The translations under genes and the position numbers were made by a program. Below the pieces are notes generated by a model. The model was not told where the DNA came from and made no database searches. It saw nothing but the letters and a program-made list of their open reading frames with translations. From Candidatus Hodarchaeota archaeon (lineage in GTDB: Archaea; Asgardarchaeota; Heimdallarchaeia; Hodarchaeales; Hodarchaeaceae): a stretch of 64,000 nt of DNA. Below are positions 17,935 to 27,483 of this stretch, piece by piece (the stretch's first letter is position 1; each line of letters starts with the position of its first letter). The stretch is from contig JAEOTC010000038.1 of NCBI GenBank assembly GCA_016840035.1, positions 64,001 to 128,000 on the forward strand, read 5' to 3'.

Positions 17935-20025
17935 GTGTCTTACTTGGAAGATTTAACTGATAAGAAATTTGTTGTGTGTCCCGCGTGGCCTTACGTGAAT
18001 GCTGTTCCTCATCTCGGAACAGTGTTACATTTACTTAGTGCGGATATATATGTTCGTTACTTAAGGCTTCGTGGAGCAAATGTAATCTCAGCTACTGGTT
18101 CAGACTGTCATGGAACACCAATAGAGGTGGCTGCGCTAGCCACTGGAATATCACCTGAAAAATTGGTAGAACAACATCATGCTCAAATTTTAGACTTACT
18201 GCGGAAATGGAATATTGATCTAAATTATTCAAAAACAGAGAGCTCGCACCATTATTCTTGGGTACAGGATTTCTATCATCGATGTTTCGAAAATGGATTT
18301 ATTTTCAGTAAAGAAATTGAACAATTGTACTGTGAGACAGACAAGCGTTTCCTACCCGACAGATTCGTTGAAGGAACCTGTCCTCACTGTGAAACCCCAG
18401 GAGCTCGTGGAGATCAATGTGATTCCCCTTCTTGTGGAAAACCATTAAGTCCTGTTGAGTTAATAAATCCTGTGTGTAAAATTTGTGGAAAACCACCTAT
18501 TACTAAAGTTACAACTCAATGGTATTATGATTTCAGTGCTTTCCAAGAAGAATTGACCGATTTTATTAACAAGAATGAAAATTTCCCTGATAATGCACGT
18601 AAATTCTCAAATCATATCCTTCAGGAAGGATTACAAGCCCGAACTTTAACACGTGATCTCGCATGGGGAATACCTGCTGGGCCCGCAATACCTGGAGCAG
18701 AAGGAAAATCGATCTATGTATGGTTGGAAGCAGTTTTAGGATATGTTTCAGCATCAGCAGAATTAGGATTACGTTTATACAAAGACCCTGATTTTTGGAA
18801 ACAATTTTGGCTTGAACAAGATACTCGGACTATTTTCTTTATTGGAAAAGACAATATTTTCTTTCATACACTTTTATTTCCAGCTCTTTTATTGGGAACT
18901 AAAGATACTTATGGTAAGCCATTTGTTCTTCCATACAATGTTAGTACAACCGAATTTCTTATTTTTGAGGAGGACAAATTTAGTAAATCCAGAGGTATAG
19001 GTGTCTGGATTGATGAAGCTGCCAAGCTCCTTCCTACTGATTATTGGAGGTATTATTTAGCAGCGACACGTCCAGAAATTAAAGATACGTCATTTACTTG
19101 GACTGAATTTGAGCAACGTGTAAACAATGATCTTAATGACGTATTAGGGAACTATATTCATCGTGTCTTTGTACTAATTCACAAGTACTTTGAAGGAAAA
19201 ATCCCAGAATGCCACAGGTTAGATACTACCGATAGAGAATTTGTTTCAGCCATAAATAATGTTCCTGAGGCTGTAGCAGACCATTTTGACAATTTTGAAT
19301 TTAAAAAAGCAGTCGCTGCAATCATTGATTTCGCTCGTGTCGCCAATGGATATCTAAGTACAAAAGAACCCTGGAAATTAATAAAATCTGATCCTACAAC
19401 AGTTGAAACTACATTATACCTTTGTGCTCAATCAGTTGCGACTTTAAGTGTTATTTTATCACCTATTATTCCCGACACTGTGAAAAAAATTTGGGAAATC
19501 CTGAAACAGGATGGAAGTGTCCACGACCAGCAATTAGAGGATGCTGGAAAGCTAAGATTAGATCCAGGATCAGTCATTTTAGAATCAAAACCCCTTTTTG
19601 CTAAGGTTGAAAGCGAAGAATTACAGAAGGAACTCAACGCTATTCATAAAACGGAGTCTAAAAAACCAAAAAAGGTGAAAAAATTGCCAGATAGAGAAAC
19701 AATTCCATTCAAAGATTTTGAGAGACTTGATATCCGAATAGGTACAATCATTAAAGCAGAAAAAGTTCCTAAAGCCAAGAATCTATTGAAACTAAGAGTA
19801 GATCTAGGCGAAGACATCGGAGAAAGACAGCTAGTCGCTGGACTTGCATCTTTTCGTGACCCTAAAGACTTAATTAACCAAAGAATCACGGTTATAGTTA
19901 ATCTGGAACCTACAACAATCAGAGGGGTCAGATCTGAAGGAATGCTCCTCGCTGCAGTCGAAGGTAAGGAATTAGGATTAATAGTCCCTGATAAAAATAT
20001 CGCTAATGGCACTAGAGTTAGCTAA
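17935..20025 (+). CDS. metG: Methionyl-tRNA synthetase with C-terminal tRNA-binding (EMAP/Trbp111) domain
   Basis: PYVNAVPHLG (HIGH-like), Zn knuckles, YVWLEA, GKDNIFFH, KFSKS, C-terminal GVRSEGM. Confidence 0.97.
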   Translation: MSYLEDLTDKKFVVCPAWPYVNAVPHLGTVLHLLSADIYVRYLRLRGANVISATGSDCHGTPIEVAALATGISPEKLVEQHHAQILDLLRKWNIDLNYSKTESSHHYSWVQDFYHRCFENGFIFSKEIEQLYCETDKRFLPDRFVEGTCPHCETPGARGDQCDSPSCGKPLSPVELINPVCKICGKPPITKVTTQWYYDFSAFQEELTDFINKNENFPDNARKFSNHILQEGLQARTLTRDLAWGIPAGPAIPGAEGKSIYVWLEAVLGYVSASAELGLRLYKDPDFWKQFWLEQDTRTIFFIGKDNIFFHTLLFPALLLGTKDTYGKPFVLPYNVSTTEFLIFEEDKFSKSRGIGVWIDEAAKLLPTDYWRYYLAATRPEIKDTSFTWTEFEQRVNNDLNDVLGNYIHRVFVLIHKYFEGKIPECHRLDTTDREFVSAINNVPEAVADHFDNFEFKKAVAAIIDFARVANGYLSTKEPWKLIKSDPTTVETTLYLCAQSVATLSVILSPIIPDTVKKIWEILKQDGSVHDQQLEDAGKLRLDPGSVILESKPLFAKVESEELQKELNAIHKTESKKPKKVKKLPDRETIPFKDFERLDIRIGTIIKAEKVPKAKNLLKLRVDLGEDIGERQLVAGLASFRDPKDLINQRITVIVNLEPTTIRGVRSEGMLLAAVEGKELGLIVPDKNIANGTRVS

Positions 20026-20070
20026 AGTTTAATAAAACCCAGTTCCCATTCAGAGTTTAGGGATGAGTTT

Positions 20071-21204
20071 ATGCCTGAATGGGATTTAATTCTTTACACA
20101 GACGAAAAACAGAAAAATGTTCTGAATAAACTAAAACTTTCTGATAAAACTTTGTCCGCTGCGGGCCAACACGGAAAAGCCACTATTCTCGTGGATCATC
20201 AGGGGAAAGAATGGCTTTTGAAGATTTTCTCTAATATTCTAGATTTAGAGGTAAAAAAAGTATCCGACTTGGATATCGATATTCAAGATACTCCCGAACG
20301 GAGTCGTGACCGACTTCATTTATGGCGAGTATTAAATGAGATTACAGCATCACGACTTGGAAGACGTTTGTACCTAAATGTTCCCGAAACACGGATAATT
20401 TGTTCAGGTAAGGTTGCCAAATTTAAGTTAAAGTCCTCAACAGTCCTTAAAGAAGAAGATGTGGTAGTTTTAGATGAGGAAGAGGAAGAAGGGGAATCAG
20501 CAGAGGAATTTTATTCTTTTTCTGAGCGAGAAATTGGGTCTTTGAAAACTTCTGATCGGTTTGAAGAAATTCTAGCTCAAAAAAGTCCACGGAAAAATCC
20601 CACAGATATTTTAGCTCTTCTCCAAGAAAAAGTTCCAGATTCTCGGAATATTGATGAATACTTAGATGATCATAAGGCCGATTTAGATGCAGCCTTTGAA
20701 AATATTCAAAGCATAGATGATGCTTTTCTCCTTCTGCCTTTTGATATCTGGTTAAACGATCCTGATCGAAATGCTGGCAATTATTTAGTCCAGCTGAACG
20801 AGAAAAATGAAGCTTCACGAATTTGGGGGATAGATTATGAAATGTGGTCCTTTGGAAGCGATATTTGGATGGAAGAAGATAATGTAACCCAAGGAAGAAG
20901 TTATCTTACCGCAATAATCCATCCAAAAAGTCATATTTTCGATTCACGGGTCAATCAAACATTCTACAGAATAAGAATGCTTTCCGATGAGGAAATAGTT
21001 CAAATGACTAAAGCTCCTCAATTGGCTTGTAAGTTTTTCGAATTCCACATAAATACGGGCGATCTACACCCTGATGAGAGAGATAAATTAAAGCAAGTGG
21101 AGATTAACCTTGAAGATTTTCTGATTGAGTCCCGTCCACGTTCAGATAAATTAAGTGAAATCATCACACGTCAAATAGGTTTACCTAAAGACTTTAAGAC
21201 TTGA
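20071..21204 (+). CDS. HipA/PI3-PI4-kinase-like atypical kinase
   Basis: WLLK, LNEITASRLG, FDIWLNDPDRNAGNYLV catalytic loop, IDYE. Confidence 0.75.
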   Translation: MPEWDLILYTDEKQKNVLNKLKLSDKTLSAAGQHGKATILVDHQGKEWLLKIFSNILDLEVKKVSDLDIDIQDTPERSRDRLHLWRVLNEITASRLGRRLYLNVPETRIICSGKVAKFKLKSSTVLKEEDVVVLDEEEEEGESAEEFYSFSEREIGSLKTSDRFEEILAQKSPRKNPTDILALLQEKVPDSRNIDEYLDDHKADLDAAFENIQSIDDAFLLLPFDIWLNDPDRNAGNYLVQLNEKNEASRIWGIDYEMWSFGSDIWMEEDNVTQGRSYLTAIIHPKSHIFDSRVNQTFYRIRMLSDEEIVQMTKAPQLACKFFEFHINTGDLHPDERDKLKQVEINLEDFLIESRPRSDKLSEIITRQIGLPKDFKT

Positions 21205-21229
21205 AAATAAATTGGTAAATTTCGGGTCT

Positions 21230-22408
21230 TCATAAAACAGCACTCTCAAGCAAGTTCTTTGTCTTTAAGGCCATCATGTATTCTTCATCGGTAGGAATAA
21301 CCACAACTTCTATTTTGGATTCTGAAGATGAAATAATCACTTCTTCCTCTCCATTAGCTCCCTCGTTCTTTGAGATATCAATGGAAACATCTATACTATT
21401 CAGTCCCTTCACTATCAGTCTTCGAAAGTAAGAAGATCTCTCACCTATCCCACCTGTGAACACAATCGCGTCTAATCCTCCCAAAGCAATAAGGTACGCT
21501 CCAATATATTTCCGAATTCTGTAGGCAGCCATCTGAACAGCTAATTCTGCAGAGTGACTCCCCTTCAGAGCACTTTCCTGGATATCCCGCATATCTCTAA
21601 AATTCCCTGTAATTCCCAATAAGCCACTCCTTGAATTTAATTCTTGATCGATTTGATCAATGGTCAAATTTCCAGAACGCATCATAGCTAGTATTAAACC
21701 TGGGTCTATATCCCCCGATCGCGTGCCCATTATTAGGCCCTCTAAAGGAGTTAACCCCATACTTGTATCAATTGATTTTCCATCATATACAGCTGTTACT
21801 GAAGCTCCATTCCCAAGATGTAAGACGATTAGCTTTTTAGATTTCTTTAAACTAAGTAAACTTCTCGTTCTATTAGTCACATATTCAATAGATGTTCCAT
21901 GAAACCCATATCTCCGGAAAGAATTTTCCTCATACCACTTTCCTGAAATCGCATATCTGTATGCATATTCTGGAATCGTAGCATGAAAAGAAGTATCAAA
22001 AACTGCAATATGAGGAATAGCTGTTAATTTTTTTTTACTAGCTCGGATTCCAATTAGATTAGCGGGATTATGAAGTGGGGCAAGCTTTGATAGTTTTTCT
22101 ATCTGAGATTCAACCTCAGTATCAATGATCAATTCTCTTCGGAACTGTTCTCCCCCATGTACTACACGGTGAGCTACAGCTTTAATCGTATTAATGTCGA
22201 AGAATGTTAAGACATAATCTACAGCCTCTTCATGAGTAGCACAACTTATTACCTTGGTAACTTCCTCCTCCTTGCTTTTATGATATATCTTTGGTTCAGG
22301 GAGGCCTATTCGTTCCACTAATCCTTTAGCTATTAGCTGTTCTTTCTCCATGTTATAGATCGAATATTTTAGAGAGGAAGATCCTGAATTTATCGTTAAA
22401 ATTGTCAA
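21230..22408 (-). CDS. ackA: Acetate kinase
   Basis: INSGSSSLK, HRVVHGG, APLHNP, DTSFH, YGFHGTS, HLGNGAS, GTRSGDID, FTGGIGE. Confidence 0.97.
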   Translation of the reverse strand: MTILTINSGSSSLKYSIYNMEKEQLIAKGLVERIGLPEPKIYHKSKEEEVTKVISCATHEEAVDYVLTFFDINTIKAVAHRVVHGGEQFRRELIIDTEVESQIEKLSKLAPLHNPANLIGIRASKKKLTAIPHIAVFDTSFHATIPEYAYRYAISGKWYEENSFRRYGFHGTSIEYVTNRTRSLLSLKKSKKLIVLHLGNGASVTAVYDGKSIDTSMGLTPLEGLIMGTRSGDIDPGLILAMMRSGNLTIDQIDQELNSRSGLLGITGNFRDMRDIQESALKGSHSAELAVQMAAYRIRKYIGAYLIALGGLDAIVFTGGIGERSSYFRRLIVKGLNSIDVSIDISKNEGANGEEEVIISSSESKIEVVVIPTDEEYMMALKTKNLLESAVL

Positions 22409-22418
22409 AAAGACCCCT

Positions 22419-23867
22419 CTAGTAGGTACCTTTAGGTGTATCAGTCCCTTTTACAATAGCAATGGATGCTGATGCACCAATCCTAGTTGCTCCAGCGTTT
22501 ATCATCTGCTCTGCAATCTCGTGAGTTCTTATCCCTCCAGCTGCTTTTACACCCATTTCTGGACCTACTGTTTTTCTCATCAGAGCAATATCCTCAACTA
22601 ATGCTCCTGCAGTACTGAAACCTGTAGAAGTTTTAACAAAATCTGCTCCACTTAATTTTGTTAACAGACTACCTTTAACTATTTGTTCCTTGGTTAGTAG
22701 AGCAGTTTCAAGAATGACCTTTACTATGGCTTTCCCTGCAGCGGCATTTACTACCGCTTGGATATCCTCCCTAACTAAGTCATCGTTACCTGATTTCAAC
22801 GCTCCCACGTTAATAACCATGTCTACTTCATCTGCTCCATTTGCTACAGCATCTCGAGTTTCAATTGCCTTTACGGTGGGGGTAGTTGCTCCTAATGGAA
22901 ATCCAATTACAGTACATACTTTCACTGAGCTACTTTTCAAATATTTGGCTGCTTTTGCTACATTTGTAGGATTAATACATACTGATGCGAATTTATACGT
23001 TGCAGCTTCTTCACATAGTTGTTTAATCTCTTCTTCAGTTGCATCTGCACGGAGATTAGTATGGTCGATATACTGAGCAAGCTCCATATCATACCCATTT
23101 ATCCCTGTCTCAGAGGTAATTCTTGTTGCTCCTCCATTAACTAATGCTTTAACAGCAGCTTGAGACTTTCCATCTAATCCAATCTCTTTCCCTGAAGTCC
23201 CAATTGTGTATGATCGATCAGAGGTGGTTGGGATATAGGGAGAGGGTTCTTGATCAGTTATCTGATGAACATCAACAATTTTGATTCCCATAGTCCTTAA
23301 TTGATCAATAATTCCCTCAATACGTCTATTCATTGCAGGTGGGACTTGATCTTTCTCAATCTGACAACAGTAGATGGAATCATATGCTGCAATAACTGGT
23401 TTTCCATACATCAATCCAAATACTAGGGTTATAGTTCCCAAGGAATCTGCGTTCAAGGCCGCTACTTTAGCTGCAGTATTTAAGGATAATATAGGCACAT
23501 AAATAACATCTACCCGACTTAAAATATTGTCAAAAAACTGTTCAGAATAATCAGTAATAATTGTGGCTCCTTCAGAGACTTGTCTAATATCAGGTAAACC
23601 AATTATTTTTATTGCTGCACGAGTCATTACGATGTAAGTATTAGTATACGATTTTGAGATTTTTTCTATTTGGTGCATAACTTCATTAATCTCTTTATTC
23701 CCCCCACATAGTAGAATTAAAGCTGAGTTTCCTGAAGCTATTGTATAATTGATTTTCCGATTAGAAGTCTGTAAATTCGAATCGAACTGTTGTTTGGGAG
23801 CGAGATTATCTTGATCAAGCTTCCTCATCACTTCTTCAGTGATTTTCTGTATCATCTCATTACTCAT
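22419..23867 (-). CDS. deoC: Encapsulation peptide + flavoprotein-like domain fused to deoxyribose-phosphate aldolase
   Basis: C-terminal [49 protein letters not shown]; N-terminal [17 protein letters not shown] and [10 protein letters not shown]...DSL flavoprotein-like segment. Confidence 0.93.
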   Translation of the reverse strand: MSNEMIQKITEEVMRKLDQDNLAPKQQFDSNLQTSNRKINYTIASGNSALILLCGGNKEINEVMHQIEKISKSYTNTYIVMTRAAIKIIGLPDIRQVSEGATIITDYSEQFFDNILSRVDVIYVPILSLNTAAKVAALNADSLGTITLVFGLMYGKPVIAAYDSIYCCQIEKDQVPPAMNRRIEGIIDQLRTMGIKIVDVHQITDQEPSPYIPTTSDRSYTIGTSGKEIGLDGKSQAAVKALVNGGATRITSETGINGYDMELAQYIDHTNLRADATEEEIKQLCEEAATYKFASVCINPTNVAKAAKYLKSSSVKVCTVIGFPLGATTPTVKAIETRDAVANGADEVDMVINVGALKSGNDDLVREDIQAVVNAAAGKAIVKVILETALLTKEQIVKGSLLTKLSGADFVKTSTGFSTAGALVEDIALMRKTVGPEMGVKAAGGIRTHEIAEQMINAGATRIGASASIAIVKGTDTPKGTY

Positions 23868-23887
23868 TTTCTTTACCCAAAATTATT

Positions 23888-24178
23888 TTAACTTAATTCA
23901 GTTTGTTTTCCATCCACTTCAATATAATCAATAACACCTACTATTAATGCATCCACAGCGGCTTTGTCATTATGCATTATACCTCGTATAGAGTTACCTT
24001 CTCGGATAACAAGGACACAATCCCCGATTCCAGATTTGGCTACATCTAGAGCGATGATAGAAGGCTCAGTGAAATTTCCTTTCAGATCTATCGGACGTAC
24101 CACAAGTATTTTTCCGTTTTCATGACTCTCAGTTTTAATTGGAGCAACTACATTGCCGATTACTTTAGCAAGAATCAT
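23888..24178 (-). CDS. BMC shell pentamer (BMC-P, EutN/CcmL family)
   Basis: MILAKVIGNVVA, IIALD...GIGDCVLV, VDALIVGVID. Confidence 0.95.
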   Translation of the reverse strand: MILAKVIGNVVAPIKTESHENGKILVVRPIDLKGNFTEPSIIALDVAKSGIGDCVLVIREGNSIRGIMHNDKAAVDALIVGVIDYIEVDGKQTELS

Positions 24179-24717
24179 TCTGTTTCACTTTCTACAATTT
24201 TTGGTTTAATTTCACGAATCTTTTTTGGTTTCTTCTTTCGAGTGGCCCTTTTTCTTGGTTTTGGTTTAACTACGGGCTTAATTTCTTCAACTACTTCGGG
24301 TTCCTCTACTTTCGTTTTCGGGATCGGTTCAAGTATCTCCTCTTTGGGAATTTCCCCGATTTCTTCATCTAGACTTATATCAACTTGTTTTAATGTTGCT
24401 GGAGGGGCCTTCTTCTTCTTTCTCTTCTGAGGTTTGCGTTTTGCACTTTTTGTAACATAATATTCCTCAATATATCCAACTATACACTCATCAATCGGAA
24501 CGAGTTCCTTTGGAAAGACAATAGCTGCCTCCTTTTTACTTACTACATACACAATATCTCCAGGTCCTGCAGTTTCAATGCCATCAGCGGCAACATATGG
24601 ACTTCCCAAGGGTTGAAGATTATCATCTAGACCTTGAACTACTAGAAGTCGGAGAGAATTTAATCCTGGATCTTTTGTTGAGGCAACAACATTCCCTATT
24701 ACTTTTCCAAGTTTCAT
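24175..24717 (-). CDS. BMC shell pentamer (BMC-P) with a long Lys/Arg/Glu-rich C-terminal tail
   Basis: MKLGKVIGNVVASTK, VAADG..AGPGDIV, PIDECIVGYIE, then about 90 aa of low complexity. Confidence 0.92.
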   Translation of the reverse strand: MKLGKVIGNVVASTKDPGLNSLRLLVVQGLDDNLQPLGSPYVAADGIETAGPGDIVYVVSKKEAAIVFPKELVPIDECIVGYIEEYYVTKSAKRKPQKRKKKKAPPATLKQVDISLDEEIGEIPKEEILEPIPKTKVEEPEVVEEIKPVVKPKPRKRATRKKKPKKIREIKPKIVESETE

Positions 24718-24721
24718 GTAA

Positions 24722-25180
24722 TCACGCTGATTTTAAATATTTCAATTCAATCTCGGAAATCTTATTTACTCTGGTCTCGTGTCTTCCACCACCGAAAGGA
24801 GTAGATAACCAAATCTTAACAATATTTTGCGCAATTCCTGGACCAATTACTCTCGCACCTAAAGTCAGGATGTTAGAATTATTGTGTTCACGAGCGGAAT
24901 TCGCAGTAAATTCATCCGTGCAAGGAGTTGCTCGAATTCCTTTAATTTTATTTGCTACAATTGCGCTAGCTACGCCTGTACCATCGATGAGAATCCCAAC
25001 GGATTCAACTGAGACTGCAACTGTTTGTGCTACTAATAATGCAATATCAGGATAATCCACAGGATCTGTAGAATAACAACCATAGTCCGCAACTTCGTAT
25101 CCTATTCCTTTCAGGAATTTTATCAGATCATTTTTGAGATGGAAACCACCATGATCCGATCCAATTATTATTTTCTTCAT
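24722..25180 (-). CDS. rpiB: Ribose-5-phosphate isomerase B family
   Basis: GSDHGG, DYPD, DGTGVAS, ANKIKGIRA, AREHNNSNIL, FGGGRH. Confidence 0.95.
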   Translation of the reverse strand: MKKIIIGSDHGGFHLKNDLIKFLKGIGYEVADYGCYSTDPVDYPDIALLVAQTVAVSVESVGILIDGTGVASAIVANKIKGIRATPCTDEFTANSAREHNNSNILTLGARVIGPGIAQNIVKIWLSTPFGGGRHETRVNKISEIELKYLKSA

Positions 25181-25205
25181 TTGACTTCAACTTGTAATAT
25201 AAAAC

Positions 25206-25757
25206 TCAAAGCAGAGTTTTTACTAGATCTGGATGAGGAGCAGGAATTACAGCAGTGGATAATACTAATCCTTCTCCTTTTACACGATTAACCCCAGCAT
25301 CTACAGCTGCTCGCACGGCACCCACTTCTCCTGTTAAAACAACAAACGCCTTTCCACCTATTGCGCGACTCATCCGAATTTCGATTAACTGTACCTGCGC
25401 ACTTTTAACAGCTTCGTCACCAACCATGATCGCTGTAGGAGCAGAATAAGTTTCTACTACTCCTATCGCGCCTACTTTTTCAACTCCAGATGTACCCGCA
25501 ATTGCTGGAAAAACCTCAGGATGTATATTGGGAATTACTGTGTAATTTACTAAGGTTTCACCTGCTATTTCACTTCCAGCGATTAGAGAGCTTTGAACAG
25601 CTGCAACTGCTCCTTGAATAATGATTAAATATTTTCCAGGACATACTGGTGAGGCGAATAATAGCTCGACTTCTGCTGTTTTCGCTATTGTATCGGCACT
25701 CAGTATACCTCGAGCAATTACATTTGTTTCTAGAACTCCTATAGCACGCATTTTCAT
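25206..25757 (-). CDS. BMC shell trimer (BMC-T, PduT-like)
   Basis: Two tandem BMC domains; PVCPGKY Cys motif as in PduT; C-terminal VIPAPHPDL. Confidence 0.93.
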   Translation of the reverse strand: MKMRAIGVLETNVIARGILSADTIAKTAEVELLFASPVCPGKYLIIIQGAVAAVQSSLIAGSEIAGETLVNYTVIPNIHPEVFPAIAGTSGVEKVGAIGVVETYSAPTAIMVGDEAVKSAQVQLIEIRMSRAIGGKAFVVLTGEVGAVRAAVDAGVNRVKGEGLVLSTAVIPAPHPDLVKTLL

Positions 25758-25827
25758 TTTCCTCTAAGATTGTAAACAAAGATGAAAGTAGTGAGCATTA
25801 GCTGCTCTCTTGCAGCTAATTGTTTAT

Positions 25828-26118
25828 TCAACCTTTCTTTGGGAGAATACTCTCAACTTCATCATGGGGTCGAGGAATTACATGAGCTGAGGTTAGTTCA
25901 CCAACTTTTCGTGCAGCGACTGCACCAGCTTCAACAGAAGCTTTCACAGCACCAACGTCACCTCTAACCATTACAGTAACAAAACCACCGCCAATAACTT
26001 CGCGTCCCATTAAATGAACGTTCGCTGCTTTCACCATAGCGTCAGCTGCTTCAATAGATGCAACTAACCCTTTTGTTTCTATCAATCCAAGTGCTTCTTT
26101 AGCCATTTTTTTCACCAA
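25828..26118 (-). CDS. BMC shell hexamer (BMC-H, PduA/EutM-like)
   Basis: [50 protein letters not shown]. Confidence 0.98.
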   Translation of the reverse strand: MVKKMAKEALGLIETKGLVASIEAADAMVKAANVHLMGREVIGGGFVTVMVRGDVGAVKASVEAGAVAARKVGELTSAHVIPRPHDEVESILPKKG

Positions 26119-26130
26119 TTTTTTTGTCTT

Positions 26131-27456
26131 TTATTTTGTCTTTTCAATGACAATTTCTTGTCCAATTTTGCGAATAATTCCGCTAATACTAGCATGAATT
26201 ACTGCACCTAGTGACCCATCTGGAATCTTTCCTATGAGTGCACCTTTTTCAACCGAATCTCCTACTTTTACCGTTGGAATTGCAGGATCTCCGATATGTT
26301 GTTTGAGAGGGATGGAAACTTTTCGAATCTGTAATTTTCGTTTTCGTATTGGACATTCATGATTATAATTCAATAGATCCAATCGTGAAATTAATCTTTT
26401 TACAGGTAATTTTCGATATTCCCTCTCAGGATGAATCGATAATACTTTTCGATTATGAGTATTCTTTAAACCCTCTACCCTCAACTGTCCCTTTACTTCT
26501 GTCATCATTTTACATGGATCCAACCCCATAGGACATCCATAATATGTACAAGCTCCACATTCCACACAAAGGAATGTTCCCGTCATATAATCGGGTCTTT
26601 CTGGAGCACCCCATGCTATTCCTCGCATAACTTTGTCAGGATGTAATTCATGGCCCAATAAGAATCTAGGACAGACATCTGTACATAATTGACATCTTAT
26701 GCATGCTGCTTTGGTAACAATTACTTTGGATGAGATCCGTTCAGTTTTCATTCTGATTACAAAATGATTCTCTGGCAAAACAATTATTCCAGAAGTTAAT
26801 TTGGTAATAGGTTTTTTAGGGGCAATTACTGTACCCATCATGGGTCCATTTATCAATACTTGATAATCATCGATTGTAGCTCCCCCTGCAGCTTTTATTG
26901 CATCCTTTATTGAGGTACCAATTGGAAATTCCATCGTAGAGGGGTTTTTAACAGCGCCTGTTATGGTTACATAACGAGATACTATGGGATTTCCTTCAGC
27001 GGCCTCAGCTAGATTGATCAATGTATAGACATTATTTACTACGACTCCAATGTCAAGAGGGAGTCCACTTTCCGGAATTATTTTACCTAAAGCTTCATAA
27101 ACAAGAACATGTTCATCTCCAGCAGGATAAACATCATCGAGAAGGAATATCTCGATTCTGGAATCAGCTTTGACCACTTGTTTAAGCTTCTTAATTGCAG
27201 TTTTATACTTCCTTTTTACAGCGATTATTCCTCGCTTCGCCCCAGTGGCTTTCATTCCTAGCTGTAATCCAGTTATTAATTTTCCTGGACAGGTTGTCAT
27301 TAATTGCTGATCCACTCTTAATAATGGTTCACATTCAGCTGCATTAACTATAAACGTATCTACTTTCGCAGAAAGCTTCACATGTGTAGGAAAACCAGCT
27401 CCACCAGCTCCAACTATTCCAGAATTTCGTGCCATGTCTGCTATTTCGGAGCTCAC
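26131..27456 (-). CDS. pduS: PduS/RnfC-like flavin, SLBB, 4Fe-4S oxidoreductase
   Basis: GIVGAGGAGFPTHVK, NAAECEPLL, YPAGDE, GPMMG, CIRCQLCTDVCP, CVECGAC, LKQHIG, HASISG; adjacent to PduT-like gene. Confidence 0.9.
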   Translation of the reverse strand: MSSEIADMARNSGIVGAGGAGFPTHVKLSAKVDTFIVNAAECEPLLRVDQQLMTTCPGKLITGLQLGMKATGAKRGIIAVKRKYKTAIKKLKQVVKADSRIEIFLLDDVYPAGDEHVLVYEALGKIIPESGLPLDIGVVVNNVYTLINLAEAAEGNPIVSRYVTITGAVKNPSTMEFPIGTSIKDAIKAAGGATIDDYQVLINGPMMGTVIAPKKPITKLTSGIIVLPENHFVIRMKTERISSKVIVTKAACIRCQLCTDVCPRFLLGHELHPDKVMRGIAWGAPERPDYMTGTFLCVECGACTYYGCPMGLDPCKMMTEVKGQLRVEGLKNTHNRKVLSIHPEREYRKLPVKRLISRLDLLNYNHECPIRKRKLQIRKVSIPLKQHIGDPAIPTVKVGDSVEKGALIGKIPDGSLGAVIHASISGIIRKIGQEIVIEKTK

Positions 27457-27483
27457 TTATATTTGCCTCGTTTTCTTTTGATT

